From assembly GCA_964187785.1 (NCBI GenBank), contig OZ076409.1, positions 35,280,001-35,344,000 of the forward strand: a stretch of DNA of 64,000 nucleotides. Direction: 5' to 3'. The translations under genes were made by a program, and so were the position numbers. The notes under the pieces were generated by a model. The model worked only from the letters and a program-made list of their open reading frames with translations, ran no database searches and had not been told where the DNA came from. This DNA comes from Amphiscolops sp. MND2022. Taxonomy: Eukaryota. Positions 25,355 to 35,590 of this stretch are shown piece by piece (the first letter of the stretch is position 1; each line of letters begins with the position of its first letter).

Positions 25355-26149
25355 TTATAGTTTATCAGCAATTGCTATGATTTTTTCACTTAGCGTAGGA
25401 TTATCATTTCTTCCTACTTTTTCCAAGTAAAGCAATCTTAATTGATCTACAAGCTCATCTGGATCAGTTGGAAGAAAAATATACTGATTGAAACCACTGC
25501 CTAATTGGGATTCTCGATATTGATATTGAATAATCAAATCTTTATTGAAATGATATCTCTTTGATTTTTTATCTCCTGGAATGTTGATAATATACTTCAT
25601 GTAATTTAAAAAAGTATAAATTACATCCACGTTTTGTGGTTTTTTATCCAATTGTGTATTAGTTATAAAATTTTGAAGATCCTGATCATTTAAATTATAT
25701 GTGTTACCAATCTTGAATGTCATCGTTGAATCTTTGATTTGTACTAGTTGCGGAATAGTGTGGTTAATTGTGAATAAACTTGAATTACTTTCTTCAGGTT
25801 CTAAACTGAATTGACTTTTGTTTTTGTCATTAAGCAAATTAGAAACTGTCTTAACTATACTAGAATCAACGGTATTTGAATCAACTAAGTTTGGAAGAAC
25901 TTGATTTTTACAGTTTGTAAATTTATCATATTCTTGTATTCCTTCTTTAACCGATTTTTGTAAACTTTTATTATGAATGGTACTAGAGTCTTGAAGAGCT
26001 TGTGTTGTTGTTTGAGAAAAATCACGAAGGGTTTGTAGTTGCTTTTCAGATAATTGTTTCTGGTTTTCAGTAGCTTCAGCCTGCTTTGCAGTATCGGGTT
26101 CAAAACGTTTTCTTTCAATCTTTCTTAGCGGAAAAAGATCATGTTTCAT
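25355..26149 (-). CDS. Polinton/adintovirus-type conserved protein: coiled-coil N-terminus, C-terminal GSG...LPxDPxELxxxLxLL motif
   Basis: 264 aa ORF ending QLGSGFNQYIFLPTDPDELVDQLRLLYLEKVGRNDNPTLSEKIIAIADKL, a motif I recognise from invertebrate Polinton ORFs; function not established here. Confidence 0.6.
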   Translation of the reverse strand: MKHDLFPLRKIERKRFEPDTAKQAEATENQKQLSEKQLQTLRDFSQTTTQALQDSSTIHNKSLQKSVKEGIQEYDKFTNCKNQVLPNLVDSNTVDSSIVKTVSNLLNDKNKSQFSLEPEESNSSLFTINHTIPQLVQIKDSTMTFKIGNTYNLNDQDLQNFITNTQLDKKPQNVDVIYTFLNYMKYIINIPGDKKSKRYHFNKDLIIQYQYRESQLGSGFNQYIFLPTDPDELVDQLRLLYLEKVGRNDNPTLSEKIIAIADKL

Positions 26150-26639
26150 ACAATTAGTTTAATTTTTCTAAATCATCTCGATTATGAATTGAGTACATTA
26201 ACTAATTATGATACTTTTGAACTTAAAGCTCAATAATGAAATTTACCCAAATATAAACTTTTTCTTGATGACCAATTTTCAGAATATCAGGAGCATTCGC
26301 AGCAATAAGGTATGCAATTTTACTTGCTGCTGCAGTACCAATATTTGCCTCAATCTTTAGTGCTCTACACGGATTGTGTAACAAAAAAATCACCCAATCC
26401 TTCTGCTTGTTTAGTTTCATCTGATACTATAAGGGGTTTATTTCTTTTAAAAATGGAACAAGTACCTTTTAATAGTGTAACTGGTTAGCCAGTAATTTAT
26501 TTTCTTATTTTGAGTAAAACGTCCACGAATATTTTGGCAGCGGATTATTGTTTTCCATCAACACAATATGAAAACTTCTTAAATTTATTGAAGCTCATAT
26601 TTTGAGAAAAAAAAACAATTAATTAATTTATATCTTAAT

Positions 26640-27660
26640 AATTTGAATTGTAAAGGTTTTGTCTCGTTGGTGAAATATACTGGATTATGACTGCTCTCCT
26701 CAAGGAAAAATTGGATCTTGTATAACCTTGTTTTGTTCATCTTTTTGTACAAATTAATATTGGGTTCTTTTAAAATGATATATCCCGGAAGTGCGCTTAA
26801 ATGTTAAAACTAAAGAAAAAGTGTTCTTGTTCGCCGTTGACAATTGAGCCATCTACACAATCACAATTCAGATGATTTTTGTCTTTCCTTGTTATCATAA
26901 CTGGTTTTTCTGATTTATGAGTTCTTTCTGAGTAGTCGGTCTTTGTAAATCCTAAAAGAGTGTTAAGTTCAGAATTAAAATGTATGTTATTAGAAGTTGT
27001 TAAAACTGTTTTCATTGATTTTGTATCTGCTTGTATGTTGAGTTCCAAATCAGAATCAAAATGTTTTGTATTCGATTGATGATATTGTTTATATAATCTA
27101 TTTCATATACTCCTGGTGTTAACTCAATTTCAAAGAACTAATTTTGAATTCCAAATTCAGTAACACTTTTTTTAGCTTCATGCGAAGCCAGCGTTGCTGT
27201 ATCCTTGTTAATTTGATCAATTATTTTCTTTAAATAGTCAAAAAAACTTTCTAGTAAGTTTCTTGATTTTAAAATAACTATTGGATAAAAGTTTACAAGT
27301 TTCTTCTATTTATTAACGGAGGTTTTAGATAAATACTCACCATTCATTATTAATTGAGTGTCAATGTTAAATGATTTGAGTTGTTCGTCTTTTAGTCTTT
27401 TAGAAGAACCTCAAGTTTGTTATTCTTTTCAGTAATGTTATATACAGTGTTGTATACTTCAAAACTTGTTGCTCCCATCATCCATTGTTCTGGCAGCTCC
27501 AAGGGAACATCGAATGAAAAAGATTCTTTTTGTTTATTCATTTCAAATTCTAAAACTCCTGAGGTTTGGATGAGGTGTTTTCAACAATATCTAAATTAGA
27601 TTTTGCAATACTCAGCAAAAGAGATTCTTGTTTATCATAAGTTAGAGAGTTTGATAGATC
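26640..27660 (-). pseudogene. Minor capsid (penton-like, single jelly-roll) protein
   Basis: SFSFDVPLELPEQWMMGATSFEVYNTVYNITEKNN at the N-terminus; LNTLLGF...HLNCDCVDGSIVNG...FFSF...PGYII.KEP at the C-terminus; frameshifted. Confidence 0.75.
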
Positions 27661-27934
27661 TATTTATTAGGAAAAAAGTCCTTTTTTATATAGCAGAGCT
27701 GGGTTTGCACATTTGCAATTGCATTTTTGTGTTTTATGAAAGTGTTTAAATCCATTAGCTGATATGTTTTTTTACGAATTCTTGATTTTGTTTTGAATTT
27801 TTTGAAAAACCATTCGTATTTTTTTTGTTTTCATATTTCTCAGACTCATTCGGATAGTCTGGTTTCACATGATTCTGTATAATTTTATATTGAGCTGAAT
27901 AAGTAATAAATTTCTTCATTTATTATTCATGAAT

Positions 27935-28357
27935 TTTGGTAGTATAAAATTTTTGGTGCATATTTGAAGCCTATTATATTTGGGAGATATAACACATAAA
28001 CACAATACGCTGTACAATAACTACCATTTTTCTGACTTTGATATTCTGATGAAAACCTATATAATTTGTTTTGTTATGTTTACTGGTGGTGGACAGCCAT
28101 AAGAATCGAAACGATACTCGTTATTAAACATAATCCAATGTGTTCCTACTGAGGGTAAAAACTTAAATATTCCTGCCGTTATTGTAAAAGTATCATCTCT
28201 CAAATACACTTCACAAGGAATAGTTATTTCATTAAGGATTTCTTTTTTTTACATTAGAAGTTCCTTCATTTTTTATTCCATATTTTTAGACAAATTCTTT
28301 GAATGATAAATACAGCTTTGCTGGCTTCGCAAACCGAAGGCGCTTCGCGTATTCCAT
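27935..28357 (-). pseudogene. Adenain-like cysteine (maturation) protease
   Basis: Manual translation gives VGTHWI (~28130-28150), RFDSYGCPPP (~28084-28113) and YQSQKNGSYCTAYCVY (~27997-28045), giving the His-Asp-Gln-Cys catalytic layout. Not in the ORF track because of stops and frameshifts. Confidence 0.88.
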
Positions 28358-30154
28358 TTAGGGAAAAAATTTTGTTCAAATTTTTTTCCAAGCTTTGTTT
28401 GTATTAGTTATTTTTCCATGAATATGTCTCATCGATTTCAATGTTTTTTTACGTTAAAATGAAAAAAAAACTCAATTTTCTCACCTGTTTTGGCACCTGG
28501 TAGTAGTGGGTTATATCAAAAGAAGAGGAAACGTTCAGAAATAAAGTGTGTGCATCTTTTAGTTATCTTTAACTTCTGTTTTTGTGGATTTTCTCTAAAA
28601 TCTTCTCCCGTTGAGATAATGAGCAAATGATATTTACCATGTATTAATAATATACAATAAATAGAACAACTTCATTCTCAACGGTTGTAAAAAAGAGCCA
28701 AAAATTTGTCTGTGATGAAAATTTTTTGCCAAAATTTTTGCCAGCAAAATTATTTTCGTCAAAATTTTTGCCAGGTTGGCACGAAGTCTGGCACATTTGC
28801 TGTGATGTTTCTCTCATACAGCAAAGCTGGCTCCGCATGTTTCTCGAATGCGAAATGTCAATGACACTTCAATTTTTGTCCTAACTGGAAGCTTCACTGC
28901 ACATTGCAAATGAAATGAATTGAATTGCACATGTTACACCTTTCATTTCCTCGATTTTCAATATTACCATACAGCAGAGCTGGCTTCGCATACATGGAGG
29001 TTAGTGAGTTGTTCCTTGTGACAAACATTTTCACCGAAGGCGCTTTGCGTATTGAAATTCTTTTTTCAGTGATTTTTGATTTTGTCAATTTTCTAGTTGC
29101 TAATTTTTGATGATTTGTCTTGAAAAAAAGCCTAATTTTGATCTGACTGATTAGTGTTTTTGGAAAAATGGTAATTTTTATCTTTCAAGTTTCATTGTAA
29201 AAAGCGGTACTTTTGATGGTTTATTCGAAAATATGCTTTATAAAGATTGACGAGCAATCGTTCAAAATTACCATTTTTCACAAAAAATTAATCAGTCAGA
29301 TCAAAATTAGGCTTTTTTTCAAAGGAAATCATCAAAATTAGCGTCTTTTCGCAACTAAAACATTAAGAAAATCAAAAATCACGGAACAAAAATTTTCATT
29401 ACGCAAAGCGTCTTCGCTGAAAACGTTTGTCACAAGGAAAAGTTTACTATCCTCCATGTATGCGAAGCCAGCTCTGCTGTCTGGTAATATAGAAAATGGA
29501 AGAAATGAAAAGTGTAACAAGTGCATTTCAATTAAAATAATTTGCAATGTGCAGTGAAGACATAATGTGAAGTGTCATTGACATTTCTCTCTCGAGAAAC
29601 ATGCGAAGCCAGCTTTGCTGTATGAAGGAAACATCAAAGGAAATTTGCCAAACTTCGTGCCAGCCTGGCAAAAATTCAGTCAAAATAATTTTTGCTGGCA
29701 AAAATTTTGGCAGAAAAATTTCAACACAGACAAATTTTTGGCTAGTTTTTACAACAGTTGAGAATGAAGTTGCTCTAGTTCTTGTAATTTTTTATTACAT
29801 GGGAAAAGATAATTTGCTTAATATATCAACGAGAAAGGATTTTTGAGATATTCCACAGAATCAAAAGTTGTAGATAATTGAGAGGTACACACATTTTATT
29901 TCTGAACGTTTTCTCTAAAATTAACCCATCAATTACCAAGTGCCAAAGCACGTGTGAAAATTGGGTTTTTTCCATTTTACTAGTAATAAAAAATTGAAAT
30001 CGATGAGACATATTCATGGAAACATAACAAAAACAAGCAAAGCTTAGAAAACAATTTCAACAAAGACTTTTTCCTTAAATGAAATACGCGAAGCGCCTTC
30101 GATATGCGAAGCCAGCAAAGCTGTATTTATCATTCAAAAATTCTGTTGAAAAAT
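28282..30154. repeat. Large imperfect inverted repeat (arms 28282-29179 and 29264-30154, spacer ~85 bp): abutting terminal repeats of two Polintons
   Basis: Examples: gaatgataaatacagctttgctggcttcgc (28301) vs gcgaagccagcaaagctgtatttatcattc (30106); cctaattttgatctgactgatta vs taatcagtcagatcaaaattagg. Similar ORFs on opposite strands (28644- and 29601+). Roughly 80% identity by eye. Confidence 0.95.
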
Positions 30155-32715
30155 TTTAATACAATAAACCCACAAAATAATAAGTATTTTTCACTAATTT
30201 TTTAAAAAACATTTATTTTCAAACAGAAATGGAAAATTGTAGAATTTCAATTTAGATTTTAAAAAACCCTTCAAATCCGATGATCTAAAATCCGTAAAAC
30301 AACTCGAAAAACTAAGTCAATAATATTGTAACAAAATTAATTTGTATAAGCCTCTATCAGATAAAGATTCACATTTAAGTTCAGATGATAGCAAGAATAA
30401 ATTTAAACAACTACTTGTTTAATGCGAAGGTTGTGGTAAATATATATCTGATAAAACAAGTCATTTCCAAAGTGAAATTCAATTACAGAAAATTTAACAT
30501 AGATATTTTAGTCAAGAAACGCAATCCGGTATGCGAAGCACCTCCTGTGTAAAAATAATTGTGAATGAAAATACATATATGAAACTTGAAACGAATCCAA
30601 AAATGAATAACCTTGAATATCACAAAAAGTTTCCAAGTTCTAGAAATAGAAGAAGCCGTATTAGAAATATATAAAGTTTATGCTATTAAAGCATCTTCAT
30701 ATTTTGAGTTACCACCAAAGTATAAGAATAGCCAATCATTTATACATACAAAAAATGATGATCAATTTTGTTTTTAATTGTGTATATTAGCATCTTTAAT
30801 TCCAGTTGAGAATAATAAAAATTAAACATCAAGGTATGTTATTCATTTGTCTACTTTGTGTTTGTGTGTTTGGAAGGTTTAGAATTCCCTATGAAATAGA
30901 TATACCTAAGTTTGAAAGACTTAATAGATTAAATATATATGTATTTGAATTAAACGGAACAGTTTTAACATCAGTTTATATTAACAAAAATTACTCACAA
31001 CCACAAATAGATTTGTTATTGTTTGAAAATCACTATTGTCAAATAACAAAGTTGCATTGTTCAATAATAATAATTCACGCAATAATCATGTATGTAGAAG
31101 ATGTTTAAGTGCATTTAGTTCAGAACTGGTTCTAATTGATTATATAGAAGGATGTATAAAAAAGCAACCAACTAAAATCAAGTTCAGGTAGAAGGATCAG
31201 TTAAAGTGCGAAGATCATCACATAAAAATACCTTTACTTATTAGATTGTATGCAGATTTTGAATGTTTTAATCAACCCCAAATTGATCCAAATTATCCTA
31301 CGTGTTATTTAAACAAATTCCAAGTGCAGTAGGATGACGTATACTTTCACCATTCAGATATAATTACAGTTCATACTTCGGTGAAGGATGTGTGAGTTGG
31401 TTTGTAAATGAAATGTTGACACTGAGAAAAGTTGGTAAGAACTATTTTAAAACAATTATACCACTACAAATAACACCACAAGTAGAAGTGGAATTCCAAC
31501 AATCCGAGGTGTGTTGGTTATACGAGAGCCTTTTTCACATGATACCGAAGGCGCTTCACGTAAAGTTCGAGATCACGGTCATCTTACTGGACACTACCGA
31601 GGAGAAGGCCATTCTATATGTAACAAAATTGTAAAGCAAAAGCAATCAAGTTTTGTTCCTATACTTTTCCACAACTTTTCTTGGTATGATTGTCATTTTA
31701 TTTTAGAACAACTCTTAACACAAGCTTTCAAAATGTGGTATGAACCATAAATAATTCCAATGTCAAGTTAAAAATATGATAAACTAAAGTAGGTTGTTTG
31801 AGTTTTATAGATTCATACCGTTTTCTTTCTTCTAATTTTTTCCCAATTACACAGGGCGCCTTCGGAATTGATAAAAATTGTCTAGATGATGAAATACTAA
31901 AAAAGAAATTGGCTTATCTTTATGAATACTTTACGCAAAGCGCTTTTTGGTAATTCCCAAGAACCATTAAATCTAACAAAAGAAGACTTCTGTTCAACAC
32001 TAAAACAAGAAATCCCTCAAAATGAAGAAACTAACCGTACACAAGAAATTATTAAAAAGTTTAATATGAAGAACGGACAAAAATTAACTATGTTATACTT
32101 AAAAAAGGGTGTTCTACACTTAGCTGATGTCTTTGAGAATTTTGTGCAAACATCCACCGAAGAGTACGGCATCAATCCATTATACTCATACTCAGCTCCT
32201 GGATAAACCTGGAAAGCTGGTTTAAAAATGACCAAAATCAATTTAGATTTTATGAAAGTAAGAATTGGTATTACTTTTAGAAAACAAAATAAATGGGGGA
32301 TTTCAAGTGTTATGGGTGATAGGCATAATGTATCGGATGTCAAAAAACAAATCTTATACATTGATGCAAATATTCTATATGCATGAGCTATGAGTCAATA
32401 TCTGCCTACTGCGATTTCGAAAAATGTTTCTTTAATCCGAATAATTACACAGATACCGAAGACGCTTCGCGTGATTACAATCTAGAGCAATTAGTGGAAG
32501 AGTTATTACAAAGACCAGATGATAATGAATATCGATTCTTTATAGAATGTGATTTAGAATATCCACAAGAAATCAAAGAAAGATGGAAACAGATGAAGAA
32601 ATTCACCGAAGCTGGCTTCACATACCGCATATACTTAAATGTTTGGTATTGGAAAGAAAAACTATCCCATCAACAGCTTTTAATACCGATAAGTGATCGA
32701 GCACATCTTTTATAA
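30079..32715 (+). pseudogene. pPolB: pPolB N-terminal, exonuclease and polymerase start, with a large internal deletion at ~32585
   Basis: DIPKFERLN.LNIYVF, ENHYCQI, YADFEC (Exo I), KVRDHGHLTGHYRG..HSICN, FHNFSWYDCH (Exo II), FIDSYRFL, LADVFENF, YIDANILY. Confidence 0.9.
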
Positions 32716-32915
32716 TTTCAAATCATTTAAAATATAATTTTTAATGAGGAAACTATTATATCCATATATGATATGTGCAATATTTTGATTTTAAGTATAT
32801 TTTATTTTAATCATTTTCATATAAACATTATATCTTTTTCATTTAGATATAAATATAATAAAATATCATTTTATGTACAAAATTTGATAAAATTAATTAT
32901 TATGAATTTATTTTG

Positions 32916-33025
32916 CTTATTAAATCGAAACGCCTCTGTCCATCACTACCAATAATTATCAGCTTGGGCGTTAGTACAAGGGCATAAGCTATATAATCTA
33001 CTACATTAATGACAGCGCTAAATTT
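32916..33025 (-). pseudogene. Major capsid gene 3' remnant (element 2)
   Basis: Homologous to 10417-10530 (IAYALVLTPKLIIIGSDGQRRFDLI). Confidence 0.75.
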
Positions 33026-33224
33026 AACCCATCAACACCTTCTGAAACTGATAAGTGATCGAGCACATCTTTTTAAATTTTATTTCATTTAGGATATAAT
33101 TTTTTATTAAGGAATCTCTGATATCATTATATGATATGTATACAATTTTATATTTATGTATCTTTTTATTTTAACGTTCATATATAAAATGACAAATAAG
33201 TTTCTTTTTTTTTGTATGCTGAAC

Positions 33225-33570
33225 CCTTGTAGGCTGGGGTGACATTGAACTGAATCCAGGTCCTGAGTTGCGCTACGAATGCTTTTCAAAGATTCAGAGT
33301 AATATAAAATCAACCTACGGTTTGGTCAGTTGACTTTTCAAGATGTATCTAAAAAGCATATGCAATTGATGTCTTTTATCATTACCATGGTCAAAAACGC
33401 TATCATAAGAATTTCTGAAAGCTGGCTTACTTCCAACGCTAAAATGACTTCTGGAAGTAGCTCGGAAAACTCAGAAACGACATGAAGATACAACAGAAGT
33501 TCAAATAACTGTAAGACGAAAGGCGGAGTAGAAATGCTTTCTGTACCCTTGAAAATAGCCCGGCTACTGC
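33225..33570 (-). other. Possible exons of an unidentified host gene
   Basis: Non-repetitive helical-looking open frames (PPFVLQLFELLLYLH...; LILYYSESLKSIRSATQDLDSVQCHP) separated by a plausible short GT-AG intron (~33315-33387). No family recognised. Confidence 0.25.
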
Positions 33571-34764
33571 AAATCATTAAAGTAACAACACCCTTACCGG
33601 ACTTTGTTCTCAAGTGGAGTGAGGTAATGCAAGTTAGAGTCACCCATAAGCGTTGTTCCCATGATTGATTCACTCACAAGATGCATTATCAATGTTTGTC
33701 ATTATTTATTAGAGGAGCTCAACTTGGTATTGATTCAAGGGATTGTAAGTTGTTTTCAAATTTATTTTGGACTTGAGGAGTTTCGAAACAATACAGCGAC
33801 ATTCTACCCATAACGATTCAAAAATTGAGTTCTCAAAAAAATCATCACCTTTGCTGGTCTGCATGGTTACCAACCCGAGTATGCAAGTCCACAGAAACCC
33901 ACATTGAATACTTACTAGCTGAAAACATCGATGATAAAAAAAGTTTTTTTCGACAGCCCCTTCAAAACTGATTAATTCTGTTTTGTTTTGTTCACAGAAG
34001 TACAGAAGTAAGTGCGGGTGAACAAATGTGCATAAGGCTACCCAAATTTGATGAGACAAAATACGTGAAAGATTCCCAGTGCCAAACATTGTCAGTTATT
34101 CTCTGGTCAAAAACCTATGCTCATGTGCTGATTATAAGTTCAATATCTTTGTTTATCTGCTATGATGTGCCCTGGAAAAGCATGCTTCCATCAGAAAAAT
34201 GTTCTTGAAGAAACCAAAGCTAAAACTTTTCAGAGAGACTTGTTTTGACGAGGAATGAAAAAACTTCCTACTCGAACGGCAGCTGGAAAGATTTCGTCAC
34301 GCGGAAATGGACCTGCTTATAGTGAACTACGATCGAAATTATTGTCTGTCAGGAACAAAAAACAATAATTATTTCTTGGCATGGTTTTATCTCTCCCAAA
34401 ATGTTAAAAGGCCACTGGAACTTAATGAACAACGTAAGGGGTCAAAGAATATCAGTCAACACTGCAGCTGTGAAAAGTTATTTGGTTACTTGATTGTCGA
34501 TGTTAAGAAAATTGCGGAACCCTCCAACTTCATCGTCTCAAATCTAAGTCAGTATCGTAGCAGAGAGTATGAAAGTGCTCCTTTATAGAAAGCAACTGAT
34601 GAGTCCTTCAGCCTTTAGCAGAAAAATTTCGTAATGATTTTCTAAACTTATAAATCCTCACAAACCAATTGGTCCTTACGAAGTACATGCATCGGCAGTT
34701 TCATATAATCGTGTATGTATAGTCGCAAAAATATTGTCGCAGATACTTTGTCGCTACCGTAATA

Positions 34765-34898
34765 TTGCACTAGACTCATGGAGCAGTCCTAAGAAAGCAA
34801 AACAACAGTCGAACTCACGTCATCAAATACTAGTGATAATAAAAACTGCTTGCTTTATTTGTTAATCGAAGTCCTGTTAATCGAAACCACAAACCCCA
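34765..34898 (+). repeat. 5' LTR of the outer Gypsy (3' part only)
   Basis: agtcctaagaa...aactca.gtcatca...aaactgcttgcttt shared with 50183-50254; ends in CA before the PBS-like site. Confidence 0.7.
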
Positions 34899-35590
34899 AA
34901 AATGGTACCCAACAAGACCCTCAGAAATGATCGATGCCGTTACTGCAAAGATGAATCACACGGTGACTGACTGCCCCGATCTAGCTAAACGGAGCAAACT
35001 CAAAGAAGACGCAAACACAAAAAATGTCAATTGTGCAACACACAAGGACATGACGGTGAAAACTGTTTCTTCGGTGGTAACTTTGGAAAACGCCCACCGA
35101 TGTGCAACTTCACAGAAGCTCGAAAGAACGTTATTTAAACCTATAAACAAGCTGGGAATCAATAATACCGAAAATAGAACGACAACAGCAACAACCCGCT
35201 TTCAGAGATTTAAACTAGAAACGTCACGCCTTTAAAAAACACCCGAGGTACAAATACACAATCACAAGACCACTGGCAGCGTCAAGTGGACACGAAAAAC
35301 AACAAGACGCCCGCTAAGAAGCCGGATATTTTCCGCGACACGCTTATTGTAAAAAAAGTATGGTTAAGGAGAGGATGGAACCCTCGACCTTTTGGCTGAG
35401 AAACACGAAAAATTTCAAGCACCAGCCCGGGTTCGATTCCAAGACCTACTGGCTGGCAAAGCAATAAGTGAAGTGCACTTCACTCCATGCAGTGGAGATA
35501 AAGTGGAGTTTTGGCAGAATTTGTAAAAAAACGCGTCACAGATCATGATTTTCCTCCCCCATTTGTGTGGACGGAAAATAATAAACATAC

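Larger units (their letters stand above)
7200..29183. mobile_element. Endogenous Polinton/Maverick (adintovirus-type) element 1: left end lost, internally amplified, pseudogenised
   Basis: pPolB, rve integrase, A32-type ATPase, major and minor capsid genes and an adenain-like protease co-occur in an AT-rich block that ends in a long terminal repeat (28282-29179). Confidence 0.92.
29264..33190 (+). mobile_element. Endogenous Polinton element 2 (related subfamily): left terminal repeat, pPolB and capsid remnant; truncated
   Basis: Terminal repeat followed by pPolB. 32105-32580 is homologous to 7200-7670 and 32605-33025 is homologous to 10100-10530. Confidence 0.88.

Noticed and set aside
7200..33190. 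Active or intact virus, or bacteriophage contamination
   Set aside because: Every core gene has stops or frameshifts, the gene set is Polinton-type, and the block is embedded among eukaryotic retrotransposons.
35334..35541. tRNA gene (ggttcgattcc B-box-like text at ~35430)
   Set aside because: No cloverleaf could be built; more likely a tRNA-derived SINE or MITE remnant with weak terminal inverted repeats.
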